A stretch of 52,946 nt of DNA from Candidatus Aminicenantales bacterium. GTDB lineage: Bacteria > Acidobacteriota > Aminicenantia > Aminicenantales > UBA4085. How positions within the stretch are numbered: the stretch's first letter is position 1; every line of letters begins with the position of its first letter. The stretch covers positions 62,001 through 114,946 of the forward strand of contig JBEKTZ010000012.1 of the NCBI GenBank assembly GCA_049515535.1. The letters are read 5' to 3'. Under the pieces are notes generated by a model. It worked only from the letters and a program-made list of their open reading frames with translations. It made no database searches and was not told where the DNA came from. Made by a program: the position numbers and the translations under genes. Below are positions 28,763-38,585 of the stretch, in pieces.

Positions 28763-29008
28763 ATGGACGACCCGAAGGACATCATCCTCCATTACGTCAC
28801 CGGAGAGTATCTGGAAGAAGGGGCCGATCCCATCGACTACGATACGCCGTTGATCTCGGGCGGCATCGTGGACTCGTTCTCCATGGTCTCGCTCAAGCGG
28901 TTTCTGGAGAACAAGTACAAGATCTCCATCCCCGACGCCGACGCCTCGCCCCAGGCTTTCGACTCCGTGAACAAAATCGCGGAGCTGGTCAAACGGTTCG
29001 TGAAATAA
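28763..29008 (+). CDS. Stand-alone acyl carrier protein (DltC-like)
   Basis: 81 aa, acidic, phosphopantetheine site GIVDSFSM, C-terminal FDSVNKI; AAGGAG RBS. Confidence 0.9.
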   Translation: MDDPKDIILHYVTGEYLEEGADPIDYDTPLISGGIVDSFSMVSLKRFLENKYKISIPDADASPQAFDSVNKIAELVKRFVK

Positions 29009-29029
29009 GGATTCGAAGGAGTCACCATC

Positions 29030-30277
29030 ATGGCTTATAACGACAACGTCCGCCATCTTTATCAAGAGCAACTGAAAGGCCTCAAGGACGCCGGCATTTT
29101 CAAGCAGGAACGCTACATCCATTCCAAGCAGGCCGCCGACATCGTAGTCGAGTTTCCCGAGGGCTCTTCCCTGAAAAAAGTCATCAATATGTGCGCCAAC
29201 AATTACCTCGGGCTTTCGAGCCACCCCGAAGTGATCGAGGCCGCCCACAAAGGCCTGGATGCGCGCGGCTACGGGATGTCCTCGGTCCGGTTCATCTGCG
29301 GGACGCAGGACATCCATCATGAACTTGAACGGAAAATGACGGAGTTTCTGGGCACGGAGGACACGATCCTTTTCCCCTCCTGCATGGACGCCAACGCCGG
29401 CGTTTTCGAGGCCGTCCTGACCAAGGACGACGTCATGATTTCGGATCGCCTCGTCCACGCCTCGCTCATCGACGGCATCCGCCTCTGCAGCGCCGTGACG
29501 GACTCCATCAAGCACTCGGACATGGCCCACCTCGAATCCAAGCTCCAGCTTCACGCCGACAAACGCTTAAAACTCGTCATCACGGACGGCGTGTTCTCGA
29601 TGGACGGCGATACGGCCAAGCTCGACGAGATGGTCGCCCTCTGCGAAAAATACAATGCCATGCTCCTTGTCGACGATTCCCATGCCTCGGGATTCATCGG
29701 CAAGACCGGGCGCGGAACGCACGAAAAATGCGGCGTCCTGGGCAAGATCGACATCATCACGACCACGTTCGGCAAAGGCCTCGGCGGTGCCTGCGGCGGA
29801 TGCGTCTCGGGCCGCAAGGAACTCGTGGAGATGTGCCGCCAGAAAGCCCGGCCCTATCTCTTTTCGAACACGATCGCGCCGGTCGTCGTGGCCGGCGTCC
29901 TGAAGGTCCTGGACATCCTCAACGCCTCGACCGAGCGGCGGGACAAGCTCGAACGGAACGCCGCCTACTGGCGCAAAGGACTGACCGAGGCCGGGTTCGT
30001 TCTGAAAGAGGGCGATACGCCGATCGTCCCGGTCATGTTCTTCAACGCCAAGCTCTCCCAGGACTTTTCCCGCGCCCTCTACGACGAAGGTGTCTATGCC
30101 ATCGGATTTTTCTTCCCCGTCGTGCCGCAGGGCCAGGCCCGCATCCGGACGCAACTCTCCGCCGGCCATGACATCCATCATCTCGACAAAGCTCTGGACG
30201 CGTTCATTAAAGTGGGGAAGAAATTCGACATCCTGGGCAAGACGAAGCAGGAAATCATCGAGAAGTACGGCAATTAA
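29030..30277 (+). CDS. kbl: Glycine C-acetyltransferase (2-amino-3-ketobutyrate ligase)
   Basis: CANNYLGL, GMSSVRFICGTQ, HASLIDGIRL, TDGVFSMDG, DDSH, PLP Lys TFGK, RPYLFSN, FPVVPQGQARIRTQLSA. Confidence 0.92.
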   Translation: MAYNDNVRHLYQEQLKGLKDAGIFKQERYIHSKQAADIVVEFPEGSSLKKVINMCANNYLGLSSHPEVIEAAHKGLDARGYGMSSVRFICGTQDIHHELERKMTEFLGTEDTILFPSCMDANAGVFEAVLTKDDVMISDRLVHASLIDGIRLCSAVTDSIKHSDMAHLESKLQLHADKRLKLVITDGVFSMDGDTAKLDEMVALCEKYNAMLLVDDSHASGFIGKTGRGTHEKCGVLGKIDIITTTFGKGLGGACGGCVSGRKELVEMCRQKARPYLFSNTIAPVVVAGVLKVLDILNASTERRDKLERNAAYWRKGLTEAGFVLKEGDTPIVPVMFFNAKLSQDFSRALYDEGVYAIGFFFPVVPQGQARIRTQLSAGHDIHHLDKALDAFIKVGKKFDILGKTKQEIIEKYGN

Positions 30278-30283
30278 GGAGAA

Positions 30284-30862
30284 ATGAAAATGGAGAACAA
30301 ACTCGCCAACCCGGCGCCGCTGGGCCTCATGGGGATCGGGATGACGACCGTCCTTTTGAATATCCACAATGCCGGCTTCTTCCCTGTCAGCGCCATGGTT
30401 CTGGCCATGGGGATCTTTTACGGCGGGATCGCTCAGATCATCGCCGGCATCATGGAATACAAAAAAGGGAACACGTTCGGTACGACGGCCTTCACGTCCT
30501 ACGGCCTGTTCTGGCTGACGCTCGTTGCGATCTGGGTCATCCCCGGAACGAACGCCCCCAACGGCGACAAGACACCTGAAGCGTATTTGGGCTGGTATTT
30601 GTTCATGTGGGGCCTCTTCACGTTTTTTATGTGGATCGGTACTTTCCGCAAGAACCGGGCGCTCCAGTTCGTCTTCCTGAGCCTGACGATCCTGTTCCTG
30701 TTGCTGGCCGTCCGGGATTGGTTCGGCCTGGCCGTCGTCGGCAAGATCGCCGGGTTCGAAGGCGTGCTCTGCGGCCTATCGGCCGTCTATCTGGCCATGG
30801 CCGAAGTGCTGAACGAAGCCAAGGGCCGGACGGTCCTCCCCATCGGAGAAATAAGAGGCTGA
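30284..30862 (+). CDS. satP: Acetate uptake channel, SatP/YaaH (GPR1/FUN34) family
   Basis: [42 protein letters not shown]. Confidence 0.93.
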   Translation: MKMENKLANPAPLGLMGIGMTTVLLNIHNAGFFPVSAMVLAMGIFYGGIAQIIAGIMEYKKGNTFGTTAFTSYGLFWLTLVAIWVIPGTNAPNGDKTPEAYLGWYLFMWGLFTFFMWIGTFRKNRALQFVFLSLTILFLLLAVRDWFGLAVVGKIAGFEGVLCGLSAVYLAMAEVLNEAKGRTVLPIGEIRG

Positions 30863-30864
30863 AG

Positions 30865-31109
30865 ATAGGGAGGACAATGTCTTCTTTCGCTCCGAGGTTC
30901 TTCGTGTATCCGACGAACAATCCCGCCTGGAATCTTTCGCCGTTGGTTTGAATCTCGCCCCAAGCCGAGACATCGTTGAGAGCGGCATAATTCTCGAAGC
31001 CCTTGACCGGATCCGTGATCTCATGGACGGCGTATCCGCCGAGCATCGTCAAGTGATGGAGATTCCCCCCGTAAATCCCTTCCGCCTTGATCGTCAAGGT
31101 CGGGGTCAT
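30865..31109 (-). pseudogene. Internal fragment of an outer-membrane porin-like beta-barrel (possibly DcaP-like)
   Basis: TIKAEGIYGGNL..LTMLGGYAV..AWGEIQTNG..FQAGLFVGYTKNLG; amphipathic strands; no signal peptide or proper terminus. Confidence 0.5.
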
Positions 31110-31204
31110 GGCGTTATTTATAGCAGAGAAGAATGAGACACATAAGACGTTGCGCCGCTCGCGCGGGACGATCTCAGGCGGCTGATTTCAGGGAGCCCTG
31201 TCGT

Positions 31205-32392
31205 TCACGGATCCGTTTTCTGGCCATGATCCAGACGAAAAATTGCGACAGCGCCCAAGAACGGACCGACGGCCAGGAACGCGAAAGCCCATTGCCAGCC
31301 GATGTAACGGGAAATCCAGGCGATGAATTGGATGGAGACGACAGTGACGGCAAAGCCGATCCCGTTTTGGATCGTGAGGGCCGTGCCCGTATATTCCGGC
31401 GGACAGGACTGCGCGGCCAGGGAGGAGAACTGGGGCGAATCGGAAACGACGAAGATCCCCCAGAGGAGAACGGCCGGAATGAGGAATACGGCGGGAAGCG
31501 TGAATAAAAAGCCGGATAGGGCGCAAAAGACGAAGCTGACGGCGAGCGAAGCGAGCGCCACGGCCTTTTCGCCGATGAATCTCGATGCCCAGCCGCCAAG
31601 GACGCAGCCGAAAACGCCGATACCGATGGTGAAAAACACGACGAGCGGCACCGCGGCCGGCGAGCCGGTCGAGGACTTGCCGAAACTCGCGGCCAGATAC
31701 GACGCCGACAGCGACCAGAATGCATACAGCTCCCACATGTGGCCGAAATAGCCGAAAGCCTGAAGCCGGAACGGGCGATATCGGAACACGCGGAAAGCCG
31801 CGCGCATGTCAAAGGCGGGCGACTCTTTCAGATAAGGGCCGTCGGACAGTCCGAATTTGACGAGCGCGCCGCCCGCTGCGGCCAGGCCGGACGCCGCGAG
31901 CGTCAATCGCCGCCAGTCGAAATCCCCGCCGACGGCGAAGATCAAATACGGGATCGCCGTACCGAGCGTCAGGGCGCCGACCATGATTCCCAGTCTCCAA
32001 CCCAGTCGCTCCCTGAACCATTGGGCGACGAGCTTCATCCCGACAGGATAGATGCCGGCCAGGGATATCCCGGTCAGAAACCGGAACACGACGGCCATCT
32101 TCAGATCGCGCGAGATGAGGGCGAATCCCGCGTTGAAGAGCGCGCCGATGAGCGCCGAGAGAAAAAAGACGTTCCGGGTCCTGAAGATATCTCCGAGATT
32201 GAAAAGCGCGTAGAGAAATGTGCCGGCGATGAAGCCGATCTGGACCGAGATCGTCAGCCATGACGACTGGATGTCGCTCAGGCGCCAGAGGCTTTTCAGC
32301 GCCGAAGCGGCCGCCGTCCCGGAGAACCAGATCGCGGACGACAGCAGAACGGCCAAGGAGATGAGGGGCAGCGCTTTCCCGGATTTGTTCAT
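31205..32392 (-). CDS. MFS transporter
   Basis: 12 TM pattern, VQIGFIAGT, RFLTG..LAGIYPVGMK, GYFGHMWELYA, DSPQFS. Confidence 0.9.
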   Translation of the reverse strand: MNKSGKALPLISLAVLLSSAIWFSGTAAASALKSLWRLSDIQSSWLTISVQIGFIAGTFLYALFNLGDIFRTRNVFFLSALIGALFNAGFALISRDLKMAVVFRFLTGISLAGIYPVGMKLVAQWFRERLGWRLGIMVGALTLGTAIPYLIFAVGGDFDWRRLTLAASGLAAAGGALVKFGLSDGPYLKESPAFDMRAAFRVFRYRPFRLQAFGYFGHMWELYAFWSLSASYLAASFGKSSTGSPAAVPLVVFFTIGIGVFGCVLGGWASRFIGEKAVALASLAVSFVFCALSGFLFTLPAVFLIPAVLLWGIFVVSDSPQFSSLAAQSCPPEYTGTALTIQNGIGFAVTVVSIQFIAWISRYIGWQWAFAFLAVGPFLGAVAIFRLDHGQKTDP

Positions 32393-32442
32393 TGCCGTTT
32401 TGGACCCTTGATATTAAAATGAAAGCGGGCGCAAATCAAATC

Positions 32443-33204
32443 ATGATCAAGATCACGGAAATCCGGGCGAAGAGCATCCTCAACAAATCCAAGATCTTCG
32501 ACTACTGTCTCAACTGTTACACGGGCTGCCAGGTGAACTGCCGCTACTGCTACGCCGGCCTTTTCATGCGGCGCTATTCCGGTCACAGCGAGCCGTGGGG
32601 CCAATTTGTCGATATCAAGGTCAACGCGGCCGATCTTCTCAGAACGCAGATCGTGAGGGCGAAACGGGGGATCGTCTGGATCTCTTCGGTCTGCGACGCC
32701 TACCAGCCCGTGGAATCCGAATACAAGCTCACCCGGCAATGCCTCGAGATCCTGGCCGAACGGCAATTTCCAGTGCAGGTCCAGAGTAAATCCGTGCTCC
32801 TCCTCCGGGATCTCGATCTCTTCAAAACGTTCAAGGATATCGAGGTCGGATTCACGATCACGACGGATGATGAACGGATCGCGAGGCTGTTCGAACCCGG
32901 CGCTTCGTCCGTGGCGGAACGGATCTCCGCCCTCGGCCGGTTGAGCGCCGAGGGCATAAAAACCTTTGTCTTCATCGGTCCGATCCTGCCGGGAAATCCG
33001 GAGAAGCTCGTCTCTTCCCTCGAGGGAAGAGCCGGCCGGATCCTTATCGACCGGATGAACTACATAGATACGGTCAAGGGATTTTATTCCCAGCAAGCTC
33101 TCGATTACGCCGTGACGGACGGCTTTTTCATGAGCCAGACCCGCCGCCTTACGGAAGAATTGAAAAAGCGAAAGATGAATTTCGAGGTCGTCTGCAGGCC
33201 CTGA
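32443..33204 (+). CDS. Radical SAM protein, spore-photoproduct-lyase-like family
   Basis: N.YTGCQVNCRYCYA (CxxxCxxC), D.YQP.E, TITT, FEPGA, GPILPG. Confidence 0.87.
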   Translation: MIKITEIRAKSILNKSKIFDYCLNCYTGCQVNCRYCYAGLFMRRYSGHSEPWGQFVDIKVNAADLLRTQIVRAKRGIVWISSVCDAYQPVESEYKLTRQCLEILAERQFPVQVQSKSVLLLRDLDLFKTFKDIEVGFTITTDDERIARLFEPGASSVAERISALGRLSAEGIKTFVFIGPILPGNPEKLVSSLEGRAGRILIDRMNYIDTVKGFYSQQALDYAVTDGFFMSQTRRLTEELKKRKMNFEVVCRP

Positions 33205-33237
33205 ATCCCCCGCCGCACTTTTTCCGGAAAAAGAGGC

Positions 33238-33927
33238 TTAATTCCGCGACTCCCGGAGTTTTTGCCTTTCGAGCCTGGAACGGATCTCATCGGCGCGCGT
33301 CGTCGTCAGGCCCCGGATTTTGATCGGCGGCACATTCCGGGAAGCATAGAACGCGATCAACGGAAGCGTTCGCTCCCCGTAAATCCTCAGCTTCTTTTCG
33401 ACGGCCTCGGGCGAATCATCCGGCCGTCCGGCTCTGTCTCCTTCCGCATCGAGCCTCATCCTCTCCCGGAGGACCTCGGCCGAAGAGACCAGCTCGACGA
33501 CCATTTTGACATCCACCAACTTATCGAGATTGCGCGCCTGGCCGGCATGACGCGGCAGACCGTTCAATATCAACAGGTCGTCCGGATTGAGCTTCCGTTC
33601 TTCGATGAAGGTCGTCAGGATTTTCCCGGCAATCGGAAAATTTTCGTCCTCGAGAAGAACACCCCCGGCCAGGGAATCGATAATGACGGCTTTCTCATCA
33701 TGGGAAAAAGCCTCTCCCTGTTTTCCGGAAGCGGCCGTACCCTCAAAGGAGGAAGCGATCCTTCGCAAGTTCGAGCCGAAGTCGAAATGGACGCAGCGTC
33801 GCCCCCAAAGACCTTGCTTCTCCAAGGAATCCCCGAGCGGCGTTTTTCCCGAACCTGTCGGGCCGAGCAAAAGGATCGCCGCGGGCGAGTGGCGAGCCGA
33901 AGGCTCGTCCCTTGACTTCTGATCCAT
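33238..33927 (-). CDS. Divergent adenylate/nucleoside monophosphate kinase
   Basis: LLLGPTGSGKT, FDFGSNLR, LILNGLPR..QA, R.DD..E..KL.IY..T.PL; start uncertain (ORF open to 34008). Confidence 0.75.
   Translation of the reverse strand: MDQKSRDEPSARHSPAAILLLGPTGSGKTPLGDSLEKQGLWGRRCVHFDFGSNLRRIASSFEGTAASGKQGEAFSHDEKAVIIDSLAGGVLLEDENFPIAGKILTTFIEERKLNPDDLLILNGLPRHAGQARNLDKLVDVKMVVELVSSAEVLRERMRLDAEGDRAGRPDDSPEAVEKKLRIYGERTLPLIAFYASRNVPPIKIRGLTTTRADEIRSRLERQKLRESRN
33898..33916 (-). repeat. Partial (5' part) copy of the ~65 bp repeat
   Basis: Reverse complement GTCAAGGGACGAGCCTTCG is identical to 37412..37430. Confidence 0.7.
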
Positions 33928-34025
33928 AGCGGTCTTGATGTTTTTTTGGCTCTCTCCGAGACTCTTCTTTTTCATGGGCAGGCAAATATGATACATTAGT
34001 TCCATCATCGGAATCGAGGGACAAC

Positions 34026-34475
34026 ATGAACATCGTGAACATAACCCTAAGGCTCCTCCTGGCCGTCGTTTTGGGCGGAATCATCGGCCTCGAGCGGGAA
34101 ACGAGTCATAAACCGGCCGGCCTGAGGACCAATATCCTGATCTGCGTCAGCTCGGCGATGATGATGATCCTTGCCGGGCTCTTTGGCGGTCAAGGCGTTT
34201 CAGGCCAGGAAGCCATGCGCGTCGCCGCCGGCGTGATCACCGGCGTCGGCTTCCTGGGCGCCGGCGCGATCATCCAATCCCGCGGCTCGGTCCATGGCCT
34301 GACGACGGCCTCGGTCATCTGGGCGGTGGCGGGCTTGGGACTCGTGATCGGCTCCGGCTATTACCTCATCGCCGTCATCTTCGCCGTCATGGTCGTCCTG
34401 ATCCTGGTTTTTTTGCGGAGGATCGACCAGCTTCTCATCAAGAAAGCCGAGAAAAAAAACCCCGGGCAACATTGA
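34026..34475 (+). CDS. MgtC/SapB family membrane protein (short form)
   Basis: IGLERE...AGLRT, R.AAGVITGVGFLGAG, GLTTAS.IW. Confidence 0.92.
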   Translation: MNIVNITLRLLLAVVLGGIIGLERETSHKPAGLRTNILICVSSAMMMILAGLFGGQGVSGQEAMRVAAGVITGVGFLGAGAIIQSRGSVHGLTTASVIWAVAGLGLVIGSGYYLIAVIFAVMVVLILVFLRRIDQLLIKKAEKKNPGQH

Positions 34476-34529
34476 ATCGGCATCCATAGAAAATTTCCCG
34501 GAAATCCCCTATAATTGACTGCCCATTCC

Positions 34530-35600
34530 ATGAAAACGAAGCGACGGATCTTTCTTCTGGCAGCCGCGCTCGCGGGCCTCGCCTTGCCCTTGATTTCGAA
34601 CGCCGCCCAGGCGACAGGCGGCCTCACGGTTAAGGACAGCCTTGATCGGACGGTCGTCATCCCGCCCAGGATTCGGCGCGTCGTCGCCATCCAAGCCGAG
34701 ATCTCGCGCCTCATCGTTGCCCTGGGCGCGGGCGACAATCTCGTCGGCATCGATTATACGCTTCGCCTCCACGATCATTTGTTCAAATACATTTATCCCA
34801 AGCAATCCGGCCTTCCCCTCGTCTCCATGGCGGAAAACAACGTCAATCTGGAAACGGTCATGGCCCTCGAGCCGGATGTCATCTTCGTTTCCCCTTATGA
34901 ACGGCGAATCGTCGACGCGATCCAGCGAAAAACGCGGATTCCCGTCGTCGCCCTGGCCTCTATGGGGAGCCTCGCGAAGCTCGCCGAAGAAATGAGGCTG
35001 GTCGGACGGATTCTCGGCCGCGAAGAGAGAGCGGAGGAGCTCGTCTCCTTTTTCAACGGGACCCTCGATCGCATCCTGGAAAGACTTAAAGACGTCCCAT
35101 CCGATCAAAAACCCCGGGTGTACATGACCTTCTGGGGCTCTCTGATGAGAACTCCCGTCTCATACGAGCCGGTCAATGTCGCGGGAGGCGTCAATGTCGC
35201 CGAGAAGATCATTCCCACCATTCTTGGATCGGTCGGGACCGTGGTCAAAATCGAACAGATCCTGCTCTGGAATCCGGATATGATCCTCGTCAACGGCAAC
35301 TATCCGCCGAAGGACAGAGCCGTGACCGTGGAGGGGATCCTCAAGGACCCTCGGCTCGCAGCCTTGAGCTCGGTCAAATCCAAAAAAGTGTTTTATACGT
35401 TCGGATTCTGGGAGTGGTGGGACATGGCCGAAGTCACGCTGGAAACGATGTATTTGGCCCATCTCTTTCACCCCGACAAATTTCCGGAATTCGACCTGAA
35501 AAAGGAAGGTGCCGCCGTCTTTAAAAAATTCTACGGCCTGGACGACGGCTTCGCCATGATCTCGAGGATCCTCGGTTGCGATGAATGGAGCCATGAGTAG
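34530..35600 (+). CDS. Iron-siderophore/cobalamin-type ABC substrate-binding protein
   Basis: Signal peptide, TVKDSLDRTV.IP...RVV, VNLETVMALEPDVI, EQILLWNPD, HPDKF. Confidence 0.88.
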   Translation: MKTKRRIFLLAAALAGLALPLISNAAQATGGLTVKDSLDRTVVIPPRIRRVVAIQAEISRLIVALGAGDNLVGIDYTLRLHDHLFKYIYPKQSGLPLVSMAENNVNLETVMALEPDVIFVSPYERRIVDAIQRKTRIPVVALASMGSLAKLAEEMRLVGRILGREERAEELVSFFNGTLDRILERLKDVPSDQKPRVYMTFWGSLMRTPVSYEPVNVAGGVNVAEKIIPTILGSVGTVVKIEQILLWNPDMILVNGNYPPKDRAVTVEGILKDPRLAALSSVKSKKVFYTFGFWEWWDMAEVTLETMYLAHLFHPDKFPEFDLKKEGAAVFKKFYGLDDGFAMISRILGCDEWSHE

Positions 35601-36600
35601 AAAACAGCGGGCCCTCAGCCTGGCCGTCTGGCTTTTCCCCCTGATCGCTTTTATCCTGTCCCTGTCCATAGGCGTTGTCCATATCCCTCCAAGCGCCGTG
35701 TTCCGATCCCTGCTCTCGCCGATCATTCCCTCGCTGAAAAAAGGGCTCGAGGATTTCCTTCCCATCGTCCTCGCTATCCGCCTCCCCCGTCTTCTGCTGG
35801 CCTTGATGGCCGGCGCATCGCTGTCCGTTTCCGGAGCATCGCTCCAGGCGCTCTCCAAAAATCCCCTCGTCAATGAATACATTCTCGGCATTTCTTCCGG
35901 CGCGGCCTTCGGGGCCTCGCTTTCGATCGTCTTTCTCGGTCGGAGCTTTCCCCCGCAGATCTCGGCTTTCCTCTTCGCCGTCATCGCGGTCCTCCTCGTT
36001 CTCTTCTTCTCCAGGAACTCGAATTCGCCGATCGTCTCCCTCCTCCTGACCGGAATCATCGTTTCGGCCTTCTTTTCCGCACTCCTCTCGCTGGTGGAAT
36101 TCTTCGCCAGTCCCTATACGCTTCAAGGCTTATTCTACTGGCTCATGGGAAATCTGGGGTGGCCCGGCTGGAAAGATCTCTCGGTCTCCCTTCCCTTGAT
36201 GGCGGTGGGGACCGCCGGATTGATCCTCATGCGCTGGAGGATGAACGTTCTTTCCATGAGTGAAGAGGAAGCCAAATCCCTTGGCGTCAATATCGGCGCG
36301 GAAAAGCTCCTGGTGATTTTCCTGGCAACCCTGGCCACATCCGCCGTAACGTCCGTGGCCGGGATCGTCGGCTGGGTCGGCCTGATCGTTCCGCATCTCG
36401 TCCGGATGATGTTCGGCGTCGACAACCGCCGGGTCATTCCTCTTTCGGCCGCGTTGGGAGCGGGATACCTGCTGCTGGCGGACGACCTCGCGCGCGGCCT
36501 GGCCTCGTCCTTCGAAATTCCGGTCGGCATTTTCACGAGCCTCATTGGCATTCCCTTTTTCATCATCCTTCTGAAAAAATCCAGGAAGATCTGGCTGTGA
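35593..36600 (+). CDS. FecCD/BtuC-family ABC permease
   Basis: IRLPR, NPLV..ILGISSGA, EEAKSLG, GWVGLIVPH, EIPVG. Confidence 0.92.
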   Translation: MSRKQRALSLAVWLFPLIAFILSLSIGVVHIPPSAVFRSLLSPIIPSLKKGLEDFLPIVLAIRLPRLLLALMAGASLSVSGASLQALSKNPLVNEYILGISSGAAFGASLSIVFLGRSFPPQISAFLFAVIAVLLVLFFSRNSNSPIVSLLLTGIIVSAFFSALLSLVEFFASPYTLQGLFYWLMGNLGWPGWKDLSVSLPLMAVGTAGLILMRWRMNVLSMSEEEAKSLGVNIGAEKLLVIFLATLATSAVTSVAGIVGWVGLIVPHLVRMMFGVDNRRVIPLSAALGAGYLLLADDLARGLASSFEIPVGIFTSLIGIPFFIILLKKSRKIWL

Positions 36601-37355
36601 ACGTCCGGATCAAGGATCTGCGATACGACTACCGGAATTTCTCGCTCCACGTTCAGAACCTCCGGTTCGAGAGCGCCCAGGTGACGTCGATCGTAGGGCC
36701 GAACGGGGCCGGCAAGACGACTTTGCTCAAATGCGTCGGCGCCATTCTCTCCGTCGCGGAGGGCTCGCTGTTCATCGACGGCCGCGATATGGCCGGGCTG
36801 CCGCCTGTGGAGCGGGCCAAGCTTATCGCTTACGTTCCCCAAGAGCATAGCCTGGCCTTCAATTATGCCGTCCAGGATTTCGTCCTCATGGGACGAGCGG
36901 CCTATATCCCGATTTTTTCCACGCCTTCGGACGCCGACATCCGGATCGCTCTCGAAGCTCTCGAATACGTCGGACTGCGCCGTTACGCTTCGCGCCCCTA
37001 TTTCGAGCTCAGCAGCGGCGAGAGGCGCCTGGTCTTGATCGCCCGGGCCTTAGCCCAGAAGTCGGACATTCTCATTCTGGACGAGCCCACGTCATTCCTC
37101 GATCCCAAGCACGAGACCGAGCTTCTGAACCTCGTGAAAAGATTGGCCGCGGAGAAGAAAAAAACGGTCCTGGTGACCCTCCACGATCTCGATATGGCCG
37201 CGGAATATTCCGATGTCATGATTTTCATGAAAAAGGGCGGGATCGTCGCCTGCGGAAGACCGGACGACATCCTGACCGAGAGCCTGCTTGAAACCGTCTA
37301 CGAGATTAAAATGAACATCATCCGGCATGACGGGAGGAGATTCATCGTCAAATGA
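36597..37355 (+). CDS. FecE/BtuD-family ABC ATP-binding protein
   Basis: GPNGAGKTT, YVPQ, LSSGE, LDEPT, LHDL. Confidence 0.92.
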   Translation: MNVRIKDLRYDYRNFSLHVQNLRFESAQVTSIVGPNGAGKTTLLKCVGAILSVAEGSLFIDGRDMAGLPPVERAKLIAYVPQEHSLAFNYAVQDFVLMGRAAYIPIFSTPSDADIRIALEALEYVGLRRYASRPYFELSSGERRLVLIARALAQKSDILILDEPTSFLDPKHETELLNLVKRLAAEKKKTVLVTLHDLDMAAEYSDVMIFMKKGGIVACGRPDDILTESLLETVYEIKMNIIRHDGRRFIVK

Positions 37356-37410
37356 ACGCCCATCGTCGGAGGCGGGCCGCCGCTCGAACGTGATCCGCGC
37401 CGCTTCGCGC

Positions 37411-37476
37411 CGTCAAGGGACGAGCCTTCGCGGCAGAAGTGGACCCCCGGGCAAAGCCCGGGGCCCCGGCCGCCGT
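37411..37476 (+). repeat. ~65 bp palindromic intergenic repeat, full copy
   Basis: CGTCAAGGGACGAGCCTTCGCGGCAGAAGTGGACCCCCGGGC-AAA-GCCCGGGGCCCCGGCCGCCGT. Confidence 0.92.
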
Positions 37477-37491
37477 CGAAAGAGAGTTCTT

Positions 37492-38442
37492 ATGCGAACG
37501 TCAGTTAGTCGAAAAAGATCATCCGGGATTTGCCTTCCGCTCATTCTGCTGGGAACGGTATGGTTAATCAAATGCCTGGGAGCGCAACCTCTGGACGTCA
37601 AGAAAATTCTTCCGGGAGACGCCAGGGGATGGAAAGCCGCCGCGCGTCATCAGACATTCACGCGCGACACGGTCGCCCAATATCTGTACGGTGCGGCCGA
37701 GATCTGTCTGGCCTTCGATTTTAAAAAGCTGACCGTCCAGGAATACGCGAAGAGCGGCGGGCCGTCTATCGTCATCGAAATTTACGAGATGGATTCCGCC
37801 GAGGACGCTTTTGGCCTCTTCAGTCACGATCGCAAGGGAGAGCCGGCCTCGGTCGGCAACGAATCCCTTTACGGCCTCAACACTCTGCGTTTCTGGAAAG
37901 GAAAGGTCTTCGTCCGGCTGAGCGTGGAAAAGGAAACCCCGGAAGCCAAAAAAGCGGTTTTCGCCCTCGCCGACAAGATCGCCAACGTCCTTCCCAAGGA
38001 GGGCAAGAAACCGGAAATCGCGGTCTGTTTTCCGACCGTCGACCTGCTTCCCAACAGTCTCCATTATTTTCACAAACAGGTTTCTTTGAACAACTTCATA
38101 TACTTCGGAGATGAAAACATCCTCGACCTGAACGAGAAGACCGAAGCCGCCATCGCCCAGTTTGTCCCGGACGGACAAAAAGTGCGGGCCTTGATCTGTC
38201 TTTATCCGGGCCCCGAGGATGCTCGACGGGCGTTCAAGGCCGTTTTGGCGAAATTCTTCGGCGGGGCCGCCGATAAGGGAACGACGATCGTCAAAAAGAT
38301 GGACAAGGAACGCTATGGGAGCGCCCGGTTGATGGAGCGCCTCATCATTTTCATTTCGGACGCCAAGGACAAGAAAACGTGCGAGGTCCTCGCGGACCGC
38401 ATCGTCAAAAAGGCGAAGGAGGTCTTGTTTCCGGGACCATGA
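37492..38442 (+). CDS. Exported/membrane-anchored DUF6599-like protein
   Basis: N-terminal hydrophobic segment; YL.GAAE..LAFDF, EIYEM.S.EDAFGLFS, FWKG.VFV; ATG at 37492. Confidence 0.65.
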   Translation: MRTSVSRKRSSGICLPLILLGTVWLIKCLGAQPLDVKKILPGDARGWKAAARHQTFTRDTVAQYLYGAAEICLAFDFKKLTVQEYAKSGGPSIVIEIYEMDSAEDAFGLFSHDRKGEPASVGNESLYGLNTLRFWKGKVFVRLSVEKETPEAKKAVFALADKIANVLPKEGKKPEIAVCFPTVDLLPNSLHYFHKQVSLNNFIYFGDENILDLNEKTEAAIAQFVPDGQKVRALICLYPGPEDARRAFKAVLAKFFGGAADKGTTIVKKMDKERYGSARLMERLIIFISDAKDKKTCEVLADRIVKKAKEVLFPGP

Positions 38443-38526
38443 GAAGGATGATTATTTTAGCGGGTTTGTGTTAAAATGCCTCCGGCGGAAATCGCCGGGC
38501 TGAGGCCGGAGCGAGGTTCTCGGTCT

Positions 38527-38555
38527 TTGACGGGAGCCGGATCATAATATATAAT
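38527..38555 (+). promoter_or_regulatory. sigma70 promoter of the DAK2-DegV gene
   Basis: TTGACG-N17-TATAAT. Confidence 0.75.
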
Positions 38556-38585
38556 ATTGATAGGAACGGTAGGAAAATTAGAAAG

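Noticed and set aside
29030..30277. Serine palmitoyltransferase or BioF (sphingolipid or biotin synthesis)
   Set aside because: SVRFICGTQ, RPYLFSN and ARIRTQ motifs are Kbl-type, and the partner ligase is AcsA-like rather than long-chain
34476..34529. Cobalamin riboswitch upstream of the BtuFCD-like operon
   Set aside because: Intergenic gap of ~54 bp is too short and no B12-box was seen
37411..37476. c-di-GMP-I riboswitch or CRISPR repeat
   Set aside because: GGGAC/GCAAAGCC words resemble GEMM, but the P1/P2 tetraloop-receptor layout is missing, the 50269 copy is antisense to the kinase, and copies are kilobases apart without spacers
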